Notes: generated from the sequence alone by a model not told the origin. Counted from the stretch's first letter, positions 1-13,923 are shown. The stretch is DNA of 64,000 nucleotides from Antechinus flavipes (GCF_016432865.1 NC_067403.1:245520001-245584000); one strand, 5' to 3'. Numbers and translations are program-made.

Positions 1-323
1 TTTTTGTTTTTCCTCCCCATATTGTATGTGCAGAATTCCGGCAATACTTTTACAACTCTTATTCATACTTTTAGAGCATTGTCTAACATACTGAAAGGTA
101 AAACAAATTCAAAATGGATAATGTGGCTTATCTGGGCCAGACAAGGAGAGATTAGAGAGGAATTCTCAGCTTTGTTTTAGCTCCATAATCAGTCACAGAA
201 GAACTTCTTGACTCTGAATCCATTCTTATTATTTTGTCTCTCATATGCCATCAGGTAGGAAGGGAAATAAGCAATTAGGAATTCTTGACTACCTGGACTA
301 ATCATAGATTTTAATGTATGCTA

Positions 324-557
324 GGGACAACTTCATCAGATAGTGAATGGAGTACCTAACCAGGAGTTAGGAAAACTTAGCTCCTTGAATTCAAATCTCA
401 CCTAATAGCTACTAGTTATTTGACCCTGGACAAGTAATTTAAACCTATTTGCCTCCATTTTCTCATCTCTACATTGAATTAGAGAAGGAAGCAGTAAATC
501 ATTCCAATATTTTTGTCAAAAAAAAAATGGGTCACTAAGAGTCAGACACAACTAAAA
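324..557 (+). mobile_element. MAR1/MIR-family CORE SINE with RTE-like tail
   Basis: CORE text (tgaccctggacaagtaatttaaacct..gcctccattttctcatct) followed by gagaaggaagcagtaaatcattccaatat...gggtcactaagagtcagacacaactaaa. Confidence 0.75.
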
Positions 558-790
558 ATTGGCACAGAAATAGTAATAACTACTGTACCCTAGGGAAACT
601 AATAATTTACTTTGGATTAAAGAAAGCTATACTTAATAGTTATCATTAAGGGGAAGAATCTTGACTCTATTACATTTTGTCTAGGAAGTGGCCATGAGAT
701 TATTTCTTTCTATGGGTACAACTAATATGATAGAATGGGACACAATTAAATGTTTAAAACTTCTTAATCAGACTGGAATTAGCCTCAACT

Positions 791-1266
791 TGTGAAAGGT
801 CAGAGTCAAACAGAGGATGCCAGAGGCAAAAGGGCTATGGATATCATGGATCAAACAGAAATTTAATTATAGAATGAGGAAAATGCTTACAAGAGGAATG
901 TCCCATCCTGAGAAGGAGGGCTTATCAGGCTGGTTCAAAGCCAGGGTTTATATACATTAAAAATCACAAGCAGGCTTGACCACAACATAGTCTTTTTAGG
1001 TCTTGAGTAGCAGTTCCCATAACAGACTCAAGAGTATACAACACAAGCATTCCTGGATCCTGTTGGAATATATCAAGAGATGTGATGAATGGCTGTAGAC
1101 TGATTAAATTCACTAATGAACACCTAGTGATGGCCAAAGCTTTACATTTGCCAGAGAATGAGATCCTCCAGAGGCCAAAGGATTGTTATTATGCCAAGCT
1201 CAAAACATAGCCTATTGTTTGGGCCTTAACTCAGGAAACACAGTGGCTCCAAATATTTTGCCAACA
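791..1266 (-). mobile_element. Possible solo LTR
   Basis: TG...CA-bounded GC-richer island with a minus-strand TATA-like tgtatataaacc. No clean TSD found. Confidence 0.4.
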
Positions 1267-2349
1267 TTAAGCAGGAAAGTGAAAGTTGAAAATAAATATG
1301 ACACACGATATTAGAAGAATATGTATTTGGCAACAATGTACAAAACATTGAATAATTCATAAGAAAAAATAGTCGTGAGGTTTGTGCAAAGCAGATGAAT
1401 ATTAGTTATGAATTGGAGGAATTAGTTATCAATTGTTGAACTGATCTTCCTCCCTCAAATGTTATTTATCCTGCCTGGAGTATATATTAGCAGAAGAATG
1501 TTTTTTAAGTATGATATGGATGTTAGGGGTTCTGAGAAATGGGACTCTGAGAGTCTATTCCTAATATCCTGAAGTCCAAAGGCTTGGATTTCTTGGATAC
1601 TTAGGTGAGCTAGGTAGATTTGGGCAAAGATTTAGAACATCCTGTAGATGATGACATAAAATGGTTCAAGGGAATTTGTGATAATTGTTCTCCCAATTTC
1701 TACCTAGCACCAGCTTGGTAGGGTAATTGATTCCTGTTTATCTCAGGAATATAGAAAATAGAATATAAAAAAATATATAGAAAAGTGGCCTGCTAAGAGA
1801 CAAAGAAAGAGATCACATACAAAGATAAGAAAGGGGAGATAGTTACTTTCTGTTAGAGATTGGGAGAGAATGACCACTTTCACTTTTCCAAGCATAAATC
1901 ACAATGAATATATGATAACAGTATTAGTCTTCCATAGAGTGATAGAATTTCTCATCTAGGAAGACCCTTGGAGTGACACTGAGGAATAATATTAGAAGCT
2001 CTGAGAAATGAAATCCTCTACTCTATCATAAATAAGGAGGAATTAGAAAGGTATTCTCAGCTTTGTTCTAATGTTATAAGAACCCTTTGTTTGTGACTCA
2101 ATATTTTTTTAAATATTTCTGCTGATATATTAATTATGTATACTGCAGCTTATATGTATGGCTTATCAACAACAATCAGTCATCAGTGATTGCCATGGAG
2201 ATTTTTTTGGATGATAACTAGTCTTCTAAATTGTTACTCATGAGGAAAAAAAAGGTGACACAATTTAAAATAGTTTTATAAACAAATTTGTTAGGTCATT
2301 TGGTTCTGGAAAGTTTACATCATAGAAATTAGGACAAAGGTACTCAAAG

Positions 2350-2353
<4 letters not shown>

Positions 2354-2398
<45 letters not shown>
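2354..2398. repeat. (TG)n microsatellite
   Basis: Perfect dinucleotide run. Confidence 0.98.
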
Positions 2399-2400
<2 letters not shown>

Positions 2401-3488
2401 TTAGTTAGGCAATTTTACTGAAGTTAATTTGAAAGTGAAAGAGATTGAGATGTATAGAATAAATGTTCACATTTCATAAAATTTTGGGGAAGCCAAACCA
2501 CAAGAGAACACAAAATACAAACTTATGCAGATCCAAAGCTACATCTGTTTGTGGGGTGGCTCCCTACAATGTTTTGGGTGAATACAAATTCCTTGAAATC
2601 TTCTGTAGAATTCTGAGAAAGTTATTGGGTCAACTGACATTCTGGGTAAAGATTACATAAAGCTACTTTTAAATAGTATTAAGAATAAATTTTCCAAATA
2701 GAATAATAAAGTATTTTCCCCCTCAAAATTACCTTAATGTGAGACTCTACCACTTCTTAAATTGTTCTTGTAATCTCAGATGTATCGTTGGGCAACTTAA
2801 ATCAATGGATTTTGGTATCTATAGACTAAAACCCATTTCACCATTTTAATTAATTCAATATGTCACTTAGTAGTGAGTAACTCACAGAAATCATAAACAA
2901 ATATGGATTTTTTTCTAGGAGAAAAAGATACTGATGATCATGTTTCAAAGTTTCTTAAAAACAAAGATTTAATAATAAAGGGGATATATTTGTTATGAAG
3001 TTGATCGCGCTCCCAAAGTGCAATTTATTAGAACTAATGTTCCATTTCATATTTTGTATGAATTTGGAATCAGTAGTGTACAAAGAAATGTTTAATAACT
3101 GATTTTCAAAAACAAAGAAATATATACAATTTTAAATTTGATCTACATTATTTATATTTTCTCAATTTTCCATTTTATAGGTCTAAGTAATCTACAAAAT
3201 GACAAATCTTATATGTGCTAATTTCCCAAACTGAACTGAAAATTTAATAATAAATTCTTAGAAATAGAATTTAGAAATAGAACTTAGAAATAGCAAATTC
3301 ATAGAAATCAGACCAAATATCTCTCCAAACCTAAGACAGGTTTCTCCAAAGAATTAAAAAAGAAAAAAAAAATGTTTAATTCTAGGATACAATGGTTTAT
3401 TTGAGTTGCAGCTTCTAGAAAATCACCTTTGGCCTTCTAAACTCTTTTCTTCCCATTAATTTCCCATAGCAGATGAAACCAATTAAAA

Positions 3489-4436
3489 ATGGTTCAAGGA
3501 AATATCTCCCACATAACCACATTCATTCTCATTGGAGTCTCAGAGAACCCAGAGCTTCAACTTCCCCTCTTCTTCATCTTCTTTGCAATCTACGGAGTGA
3601 CAGTGACTGGAAATATGGGCATCATCACACTCACTAGTATAGATTCTCAACTTCAAACTCCCATGTACTTTTTCCTCAGACACTTGGCAATCATCAACCT
3701 TGGCAATTCTACTGTCATTGCTCCCCAGATGCTGGTCAATTTCTTGCTGGAGAAGAAAACCATTTCCTACTATGGGTGTGCAACCCAACTTGGAGGCTTC
3801 TTAGTGTTCATTATTGCTGAAACTTTCATGTTAGCTGTGATGGCCTATGATCGCTATGTGGCTATTTGTAATCCCCTATTATACATGGTTGTGATATCAC
3901 GGAAGGTTTGCATCCTACTTGTTGCTCTTACATACATTTATAGTTTCTCAACATCAGTGACAGTTACCTCTTTTGTTTTCTCAATGTCCTACTGTTCTTC
4001 CAATGTCATTAATCATTTTTACTGTGACAATATCCCTTTGTTAGCTTTATCTTGCTCTGCTACTCATATACCAGAGACTATAGTCTATATTTCTGCAGGT
4101 ACTAATCTCTTCCTTTCCATGACAATTGTCCTGGTGTCCTACTTCCAGATCATCTTGGCCATCCTGAGGATACGTTCAGCAGAAGGGAGGAAAAAAGCTT
4201 TCTCCACTTGTGCTTCCCACATGACAGCTGTCACTGTTTTCTATGGGACACTCCTTTTCATGTATTTGCAGCCTCGGTCAAATCATTCCTTAGATACTGA
4301 TAAAGTAGCTTCAGTGTTTTATACACTAGTAATCCCTATGTTGAATCCTATGATCTATAGTCTAAGGAATAAGGATGTAAAGGAGGCTCTAAGGAGAGTC
4401 CTCAGCAACCTTTGCCAAACTTTTAAAAACATATAG
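3489..4436 (+). CDS. Olfactory receptor, OR8J-like (class II, family 8), intact 315 aa (called OR1 below)
   Basis: Intronless 7TM ORF with N-glycosylation sequon NIS and motifs PMYFFL, MAYDRYVAICNPLLY, SYC...HFYCD..PLLALSC, KAFSTCASH, PMLNPMIYSLRN. LAIINLGNSTVIAP and QLGGFL match human OR8J1/OR8J3 as recalled. Pyrimidine-rich TAG/CAG acceptors at 3467-3472. Confidence 0.96.
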   Translation: MVQGNISHITTFILIGVSENPELQLPLFFIFFAIYGVTVTGNMGIITLTSIDSQLQTPMYFFLRHLAIINLGNSTVIAPQMLVNFLLEKKTISYYGCATQLGGFLVFIIAETFMLAVMAYDRYVAICNPLLYMVVISRKVCILLVALTYIYSFSTSVTVTSFVFSMSYCSSNVINHFYCDNIPLLALSCSATHIPETIVYISAGTNLFLSMTIVLVSYFQIILAILRIRSAEGRKKAFSTCASHMTAVTVFYGTLLFMYLQPRSNHSLDTDKVASVFYTLVIPMLNPMIYSLRNKDVKEALRRVLSNLCQTFKNI

Positions 4437-4782
4437 TTTGGCACATATTTAAAACAAAAGATTCATAATCTGAAATTGGAGTTTTAAGAGCATGATGGAG
4501 ACAGGGAATGAATGGCCAGAAATTGAAGACAACCAGGCAGTGACAGATCAATTAAATAAAAAACAAAAGACAACATAAAGATATCTCAGAATACAAATGA
4601 AAACAAAGATCTGTAAGTCCATAAGTGATAATAGTCAAGAAACTAGAAAAATAAATTTGGAAATAGGTTATGAGGAGAAAAAAAATAATTTGAGGAGAAA
4701 AATCAGAAAAAAGTCTAGATGAAGAAAATGTAATATGTAAAAAGAGGATGGTGTTTTAAGAAGTTCATATTAATCCCCTGGA

Positions 4783-4817
<35 letters not shown>

Positions 4818-4843
4818 ATATATATATATATAGATAGATAGAT
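4783..4843. repeat. Compound (TATC)n(TA)n(GATA)n microsatellite containing a perfect 40-bp palindrome (4804-4843)
   Basis: Base-by-base pairing checked around the centre at 4823/4824. Confidence 0.95.
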
Positions 4844-5989
4844 TATAGGATTGTATAATGTTATAATTGGAGGAAATGATCTAGTTTCATTTAAATCAGT
4901 GATTTGATATGAAATGTAAATTCCATTTTAACATACTTCAATTATACTATATGCAATATGATATAAAGGTAGGCAGGAGATGGAGATTTTTGGGGGAAAT
5001 CACTCACCATTGTAGGGGAAATGTCAGAAGAAAAAGGGGCAACAGACTATGTCATCATTTCTCATTTTATGACATTTTTTCACTTGTCTCTGAGTTCTAC
5101 AACACGACTTTTTTTTCACATAATGATTTGATAAAAGAATGAAGGATTCTGTCCATTTTAAAATCACAAATATAGCATAGTCATATTGATATATAAGGAA
5201 TCAATATCTTCACATGCATCTTTATTTTTTTCTACCACTGGTGCACTCATATATAGAAATTGTATTTATATATTTATTCTTGAAATACCTAGAGAATTAA
5301 AGGAAAGATCCCAGGCTGCTATTTAGGACCTTTAAACAAATTTATTTGAGGACAAGGATGTTGCTTACACTGGATAAGTGGGCAGGAACAGATAGGATTT
5401 CATCGACATTGTGGTAGGGAAGAATCACATTAACTGCATCAAATGTACATGTGAATAATATTCTATATATGTGAATAACAGATCATTGGTAAACAAACAT
5501 ATGTGTATGCATGTGTGTGTGTCTGTGTTTGTGTATCTGTTTCTCTCAACTTGAAAACATAGTTCAGGTTATTTCCCAACTTGAATTCTCTTTCCACTTA
5601 TGTTATTCTTCTATCTTATGTATTTTCAAATGAAGTTATTGCCAACACTGGTCAGTTGTCTATATAATTTCTGGGCATGAATGTGCTTGTGTTAGGAAAG
5701 AAGAAAGATAAATGTGAAAATAGACATTTATACAGAGGACATATATAAATATCATTAAAATGAGATGACATTTAATTGAATTTTAATTAAGTGTATCATT
5801 TAATATAACAAATTTTAAACCAGTAGAAAATTAAACATATTCTAATACATCTGTCTCTTCATTTTGGCTAAAAATTAAAAAAAAAATCCTTTAAAGAAAA
5901 CATATAAAGTTGCCCCATGGTTTGTTTGTTTTTTACCATGTGTTTAAGTAAGCAAACATTTAATTTGTCTTAATTTCTTTTTTAAAAAA

Positions 5990-8900
5990 AAAGCTTTGTT
6001 TTTCTAATTTGCTTATAATATCACTTTTTGTATCTCAGTCTTGAACACATTTCAACTTATCCTGATATGTGGTGTTAGGTGGTGGTCAATCCTAGTTTCT
6101 GCCATACTGATTTTTAATTTTTCTAGCAATTATTATTTAACAATGAGTTCTTATCCCAGAAGTGGGAGGCTCTTTGGCTCAATCAAATACTAGATTACAA
6201 TACTCATAGAATATCATGTTTTGTGAACCTAACCTATTTCGCTGATTATTTATTAGGCAGTATCAAATAGTTTTGAGGACTGCTAATTTATAATATAGTT
6301 TTAGATCTAGTATAGATAGCCACCTTCATCTGAATTTTTTCATCAATTCCCTTGAAATTCTTGACCTTTTGTTCTTCAAGATGAACTTTAGTATTATTTT
6401 TATGGCTCTGTAAAATAATTCCTTGGGAATTTGATTGGTATGACACTGAATAAGTGATTAATTTAAGTAGAATTATATTTTTTTATATGAGCTTGTCTTA
6501 TCCATGAGCATTTGATATTCTTCCAGTTGATTAGATCTGACTTTATTTGTGTAGAATGTGTTTTATCATTGTTTTCATATAATTTCTGATTTTGTCTTAA
6601 GAGGTAATCTCCCAAATATTTTATATTATCTACAGTTTTATTAAATGGAATTTCTCTTTCTATTTCTTGCTGCTAGACTTTGTTGGTAACATACAGAAAT
6701 ACTGAAGATTTATGTGAATTTATTTTACATCCTGTAACTTTGCTACACAGTTTGAATTGTTTATAAAAAAATTTAAGTGATCTTCTAGAAATCTCTAAGT
6801 ATACCATCATACCATCATGCCATCTGCAAAAAGTGATCATTTGGTTTTCTTATTACCTACTCTCCTTTAATTGTTTTTATTATATTATTGCTAAAGCTAA
6901 CATTTCTGATACAATATTTAATAGTAATGGTAATAATGGACAATCTTGTTTTATCATATTGGCAATGGTTTTAGTTTATCCCCCGTTACATATGATGCAT
7001 GTTGATGGTTTTAAACGGATGCTACTGATCATTTTTAAGGAAAACTCCATTTATTCCTCTATGGAGTTTTCCTACACTCTCCAATGTTTTAAATAGCAGT
7101 GGATTTTGGATTCTGTCAAATAATTTTTCTACATCTGTTAGTTTGGTTACTGATATAGTAAATTATGCTATTAGTTTTTCTAATTTTGAACCAGTCTTGC
7201 ATACCTGATACAAAGCCTACTTCACCATGGTTTATTATCTTGATGATGTTACTGTAATCTCTTTTCTAATTTTGTATTTAAGATTTTTCCATCAATATTC
7301 ATTAGGAAAATTGGTCTATAATTTTCTTTCTCTGTTTTGACCTCACCTGGTTTAGATATCAGCACCATATTTGTGTCATAGAAAGAATCTCGTAGGATGC
7401 CTTCTTTTCCTATTATTCCAAATAGTTTGAATACTGTTGTAATTAAATGTATTTGTAATTAAATTTTAATTGTAATTAAATGTTGTAATTAAATATTTGG
7501 CAGAATTCACTTATAAATGCATGAGACCCTGGAAAAATTTTTTTTCTTCAAGAGTTCATTAATAGCTTGTTCAATTTTTTTTTTCTAAATTTAGATTACT
7601 TAATTAATTTATTTCCTTCTCTGTTAATCTGGGAAATATTTTTTTAAGTATTCATCCATTCACTTAGATTAATAGATTTGTTGGAATAACATTGGAAAAA
7701 TACCTCCTAATTATTGTTCTAATTTGCTCTTCGCTAGTGAAAAGTTCTCCCATTTTATTTTTGATATTAGCAATTTGATTTTCTTCTTTGTTTTTGGTAA
7801 TCAAATTAACTAATGGTTTATCTATTTCATTGTTTTTTTTTTTCATAAAACCATTAGTTTTTTTTTTTAATAGTTCAATAGTTTTCTTACTTTCAATTTT
7901 ATTAATGTTCCTTTTATTTTTAGCATTTCAAATTTGGTTTTTAATTGGGAATTTTAAATTTGTACTTTCTCTAGCTTTTTTAGTTTCATGATCAATTCAT
8001 TGATCTTCTCTTTCTCTATTTTATGCAAATAAGCATCTAGATGATTCAGGCCAGTTCCAATGGTCTTGTGATGAAGAGAGCCATCTGCATCCAAAGAGAA
8101 GATTGTAGGGACTGATTGTGGATTACAACATAGTATTTTCAGTTTTTTGTTGTTTGCTTGCATTTTTTTTCTTTTTCTTTTTTTTTTAATCTTTTTTTTT
8201 TTGGTGTAGTATGATAATTGTGTAAATATGTATGGAAGAATTGCACATGTTTAACATATATTGCATTACTTGCCATCTAGGGGAGGAGGTAGGGGGAAGG
8301 GAGGGAAACATTTGGAACATAATTTGCAAGGGTGAATGTTGAAATTTTTCTATGCACATGTTTTGAAAATAAAAAGCTTTAATAAAAATAAAAATTAAAA
8401 GTAAGTATCTAGAGATATAGAACTACCCCTAAGAACTACTTTGGCTGCATCTCATAAATTTTGATATGTTGTCTCAATATTGTCATTCTCTTGGATAAAA
8501 TTATTGACTATCTTTTGTCGTTTCATTCCCTCTTTCTTTAGAATTAGATTATTTAATTTCCAATTAATTTTTGGTCTATTTTCCTCTGGTCCTACATTAC
8601 ATGTAATTTTCATTGCATCATGAGCTGACAAAGATGTATTAACAATTTCTGCCTTTCTGCTTTTGATTTTGAGGTTTTTATGCCCTAATACATGGTCAAT
8701 TTTTCTGTAGTTTTCGTGTACTGCTTAAAAATGTATATTCCTTTCTATTCCCATTCAATTTTCTTCAAATGTCAATCATGCCTAACTTTTCTAAAATTTT
8801 ATTCTTTAACATCCTTTGTGCTTTGAGTTATCTAGTTGTGAGAGAGAAAGTTTCAGAAGCCTCTCTAGTATAGTTTGCTGTCTATTTTTTTCTTGCAGTT

Positions 8901-11537
8901 CTCTTAACTTCTCCTCTAGGAATTTGGATGCTGTACCACTTGGTGCATATATGTTTAGTACTGATATTGCTTCATTATCTATCTAACCCGTTAGCAAGAT
9001 GTATTTTCCTTCCTTATTTCTTTTGATTAGATCTATTTTCACTTTTGCTTTATCTGAGGTCAGGGTTGTTACCACTGATTTTCTTCACTTCAGCTGAAAT
9101 ATAATAGATTTTGCTCTAGTCTTTTACCTTTACACTATCACTATACTTTAAATGTGTTTCAAAGTAAACAACATATTTTAGTATTCTGGCTTTTAATCCA
9201 GTCTGGTATCTGTTTCCATTTTATGAGACAGTTCATCCCATTCATATTCACAGTTAAATTTACTAATTCTGATTATGTATTTATGCCATATTATTTTCAC
9301 CAAATTAAACTTTTCTCTTTCATTTTCTCTTTTTCCTCCTCTCAAATGTTTTGATTCTGACCACTATCTCCCTCAAACAATCCTCCTCTTTTATAGTACC
9401 ACCCTTTTTCTTATCCCATTCCTTTTCTACTCCTATTCTCCCTTCTGCTAGCATCCTCCTTTTCTTTCCCTTTTCCCCTTCTACTTTCCTATAGTGTGAG
9501 AAAAGTTGCTCTAATCAAACTCTATCAAACAAAGCTGATATTACTTCTTTGAGCCAAATCCTATGAGATAAATGTTCACACAATGCTCATCCCCATCCCT
9601 TCTTTCCCTCAACTTTAATAGATTTTTTTTTTGCCTCTTTATGTGATTATAATATAATCCATTTCACCTTGCCATTCCCTTCTTCCAGCACAATCCCATT
9701 TCCATCCCTAGTTTCTTTTTTATACCATTACAACAACATCAACTTATACTTACACTCTCTAAGTATACCCCTAACAAAGAGTTCTCAAGAGTTGAACATA
9801 CCATCTTCCCATATAAGGATGCAAACTTTTAACCTTAAAAAATGATTGTTTTTCCTTTTCCTTTTCCTTTTTTTTTTCTCTTAAGTTCTGTATTTGAAGA
9901 TCAGATTTTTCTGCTCAGCTCTGGTCTTTTCCTCATAAATAAATGAAATCCACCTATTTTGTTGAATGTACATCGTTTTCCTTAAAACATAATGCTTAAT
10001 TTTGTTGGATAATTAATTCTTGGTTATAGTCCAAGTTCCTTTACCCTTTGGAATATTATATTCCAGGCCCTTTGAACTTTTAAAGTAGAAGCTGCTAGGT
10101 AATCCTGATTGTGGTTGCTTGATATTTGAATTTTGGGGAAGAGGGTGGGGTAGTTGGCTGCTTGCAGTATTTTCTCCTTGATCTGTTATTTCTGAAATGT
10201 AGCTATGATATTTCTTGTAGTTTTCATTTTGGGGTCTTTTTCAGGAGATGATCAGTGGATTCTTTCATGACAATTTTCCTTCTAGTTCTAACACATCAAT
10301 GCAGTTTTTCTTGACAATTTCTTGAAAGATGTTGTCTAGGCCCCTTTTTTTTTTTCCTCATGATTTTCAAGTAATTCTTAGATTATCTCTCGTGGATCTA
10401 TATTCCAGGTCAGTTGTTTTTCTGATGAGCTGTTTTACATTTTCTTCTATTTTTTTTTTTTTTTTACATTTTTTGGATTTGTTTGATTCTTGATTTCTTA
10501 TTGAGTCATTCACTTCCATTTATTCAATTCAAATATTAAGTGAATTGTTTTATTTGGTTAGCTTTTTTACCTCCTTTTATGTTTGACCATTTGAACTTTT
10601 AAATGAGTTGTTTTGGTCATTGAATTTTTTTTTCCATTTCACAAATTTTGTTTTTCAATTATTTGTTTTCTTTTTCCATTTTGCCTAATCTATTATTTAA
10701 GGACTTATATTCTTTTTTCTATTTCACCAAATCTATTTTAAGGAGTTATCTTCAGATAATTTCTGTGTCCATTTCTAAACTCTTCTATAAACCTCATTCC
10801 CTTTCCTCATTTTCCTTCTCTCTTTTAAGATTCTTTGTGAATTTTCCCATGAGACCCTTGTGAAATGGAGACCGACTCATATCATTTAAGGCTTCACCTG
10901 GAGATATTTTTGCCTTTGTTTGAAGTCTATTTTATCTCCATTAAAGCTTTCTACGGTCAGAACTGTTTCTGCTTTTTTGCTCATATTTAAAGATTGAGAT
11001 TTTTTTCTTTAGCCAATGGAAAGATTGTCCCAAACTTCTTCCATAGAAAATAGTGGCTTCACACTGCCCTGGAGCCAGTTCTGCTGACTTTCTTGCATGC
11101 TAGTGAGTGTAGCCAAGTTCCATGTAATCCTGAGGTTAAGGTGCTCACTGTCTTCTGTAGTTGAATTGGAGGTCTCATAGCCAGTCTGTTATACTACTGG
11201 CTTCTGAGCCAAGGCAGAGTAGCCAACAACTGCTATATTTTGCCTAAGAGCTTTCCAGTACTTTTCCTGGTGTGTGAGGTGGTCCCTCACTCTGCCCTGG
11301 ATCCCTGCATTCCCCCTATGTTGGGCCACATCCTGCCTTGCCTCCCTGCTCAATTGTGACAGAGCTTTCATGACGTTCTTCAAATCTACTTTCTGCTGAA
11401 AACTTTTTGTACTCCAAATATTAATGGGTTCTGTCACTCCAAAACCAGTTTAGAGGTTTAATCTGGTGTTGATCTGAGGATAACCAGGAAGAGCATAGAC
11501 AAAAACTGTCTAGTTCCTGCCATTTTAGCTCTTTCCC
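5990..11537 (-). mobile_element. Degenerate near-full-length marsupial L1 (5'UTR, ORF1, most of ORF2)
   Basis: Continuous antisense L1 ORF2/ORF1 text; ORF 7664-7846 reads NEIDKPLVNLI..K.E.NQI..IKN..GE. The 5' end gccattttagctc is the reverse complement of a gagccaagatggc-like L1 start at ~11520-11535. Confidence 0.88.
8041..8398 (+). mobile_element. 5'-truncated L1 3'UTR fragment nested in the older antisense L1
   Basis: L1 3'UTR with G-rich gggaggaggtagggggaagggagggaaa and aataaaaagctttaataaaa A-tail. Imperfect ~14-bp TSD aaataagcatctag (8027-8040) and aagtaagtatctag (8399-8412). Confidence 0.85.
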
Positions 11538-12329
11538 CCAATTTGCCTTAATTTCAATAAAAATACAGAAGTAAATTTGATACAAAACCAGATTTAAATA
11601 GTACTTCACTTCTGTTCAGACAAATATTCCAAAATTTTGCACAAATAAATAATTCCAACATTAAAGTGAAATTTATGCATTCACATACTCTGACATCTTC
11701 TAACTTGTGTCTTATCTCAATAAATATCATTTATATTCAACAACATTCATAAATATAATATGATGTCTTATAGATCAAAGCAAGCATTTAAAGTCTTACT
11801 ATATAGATTTTAATTCTCATAGGATGTGCCACAAAACAATGACTAGTCATTTTATAATTGGAGTCTGTAGCTTTATATGTTTTTTTATAATTATAGGAAA
11901 ATATAACTTATTTTTCATTCTGATATTTTTGAGCTTTGGGAAGGAAAATTTATAATGAAGTTTAATATAAGCACTATAATAAATCTAAAAGTTTATTATA
12001 ATTATAATATGAAATCATCCTGGGTCTTTACAATATATTGGGATGTTGGTATTTACAGGTATTGATGTTTGATAGTATTTTAACTTATCAGAGAAAAAAG
12101 GGAAATATCAGTATAATATATGGTTCAAAGACCATCTACCTATTTGACACGCGATATATGACATCTCTCTTCTTTATGTCTTTGCATTGTCTCAGCCCCA
12201 TGACTGACATGCACTCATTCTTTACCTCTGCTTATCAAATTTTCTATATCCTTCAGGACACAATTCAAGCTAAACCTACCTAAAGCCTTTGCTGATGCCC
12301 TCAATACCATTAGCTTCTCTCACAAAACT

Positions 12330-13200
12330 CCATTGTATTTTTATGTCTTTGACAATAAGAACTTTGCATTTGGCCTATATTTATGTCCTTTGTACTTAGA
12401 ACAGTGATTGGCTCAAAGTAAATCCTTAATAAATGCTTGAGATGTTTCTAACAAATTGCATATATTGTCCATGATAAAATAATGTAAGTTAAAGGTCAAA
12501 ATCTATTTCTTTTTTGTCTTTGTACCCAAAATAAATGAGTGTTTTTGGTTGTTGATGATGTTTATTTATTTGTTATTGTATTTGTTGTCCTGTGTTTAGT
12601 TTAGTTTAGTTTTTTTTTTTTTTTGTTTGTTTGTTTGTTTTTTTGCTCATAGGAGATGTTTAATAATTACTTATTGATGGATTGATCATTTATAGTATTT
12701 CTGGAACTCATACTTCATTGGTAGAGATATCTACTCTACCAGTACTGACTGCATTCTCCAATTTGCTATTATAGAACTGTCTGAGTAATAAAAGGTTAGT
12801 GACTGTCTATAGTAGCCAATAGTATAAACATAGGAATTTAAACGAAAGTCTTGACACTGAGACTGACTTTCTCTTCACTCTATAAACTCAGTTCCATTCT
12901 GTTCAGCAAGTAGATTTCAGTATATAGGCTGCTGAGCTTGTAAACAGGATGTACTTAAATGAAATCATGTCTCCATAGCATTCTAAATGGATGATTCCTG
13001 GGCAAGTCACTGAACTTCCCATTGATTCAGATTATTCATTTGTAAAGCAAGAATACTAATAGCACTCATTTCCAATCTTGTGTATATCAAGCAAATGAGA
13101 TTTGTATCATAATTACATATGCATCATGTTTATTTATGAGATATTTAGTAAAGTATTTTGCAAACTATAAAACTTTATTCCTATGATATGCATTCACAGC
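12330..13200. mobile_element. L2 3' end and MIR fragments
   Basis: gtacttagaacagtg...ccttaataaatgcttg (L2 tail); tgggcaagtcactgaacttc...catttgtaaa...taatagcact (MIR). Confidence 0.55.
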
Positions 13201-13435
13201 ATTAGAAGAACCAAAGAATCTCACTTCCATGTTGACCATAGTGTGATGAAATTTTCAACCACAGTTATTCAAGAATAAATATTACTAAAAAAGATATCTC
13301 TCTAACTGCATTGAAAAGTTAGGCTCCATCAAGGAAATAAAAATTCATTGAAATGGTTTTTGAAGAATCAATAAGCATTTATTAGGCATTACTTATTTAT
13401 GAAATAAATATGTATTTATTACTATATTCCAGGAA

Positions 13436-13599
13436 NNNNNNNNNNNNNNNNNNNNNNNNNNNNNNNNNNNNNNNNNNNNNNNNNNNNNNNNNNNNNNNNN
13501 NNNNNNNNNNNNNNNNNNNNNNNNNNNNNNNNNNNNNNNNNNNNNNNNNNNNNNNNNNNNNNNNNNNNNNNNNNNNNNNNNNNNNNNNNNNNNNNNNNN
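13436..13599. other. Assembly gap (164 N)
   Basis: Run of N; it lies within an L2-like fragment. ORFs spanning it are artefacts. Confidence 1.
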
Positions 13600-13739
13600 A
13601 TCTCTGAGAGTTATAACAATGGAAGACACAAAATTCTACCTGCTGGAGCTTGAAATCTAGAAATGATCACATGTGTATATCAGTGCATCTTTGTGTCAAC
13701 TTACAATTATTAATCAGTACGTGAAATGGCCTAAAAAGA

Positions 13740-13923
13740 TAAGTAATTGCATTGATTACCAATACTACTGGCAACTTCTCTGATCACAGTAGGTAATTCA
13801 TTAAGCTTCCTGAGGGCTTCAGGGATAAGATCTCAGGAGATTGAGAAGCTCATAAACTCTCCTACTAGTAGCTGATTAAGGAGGCATGAGCAAGGCACAG
13901 CATCTTTCCTATTTTAGGTGAGC
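13740..13923 (+). promoter_or_regulatory. Candidate promoter and non-coding exon 1 of OR2, ending in a splice donor
   Basis: Homeodomain-like TAATTG (13744) and TAATTC (13794); O/E-like TTCCTGAGGG (13807) and TCTCAGGAGA (13831); donor TAG|GTGAGC at 13917/13918. Predicted intron to the acceptor at 16573. The exon end aaggcacag...ag|gtgag resembles the other modules. Confidence 0.55.

Noticed and set aside
13393-13629. ORFs containing long X runs
   Set aside because: Artefacts of the 164-N assembly gap.
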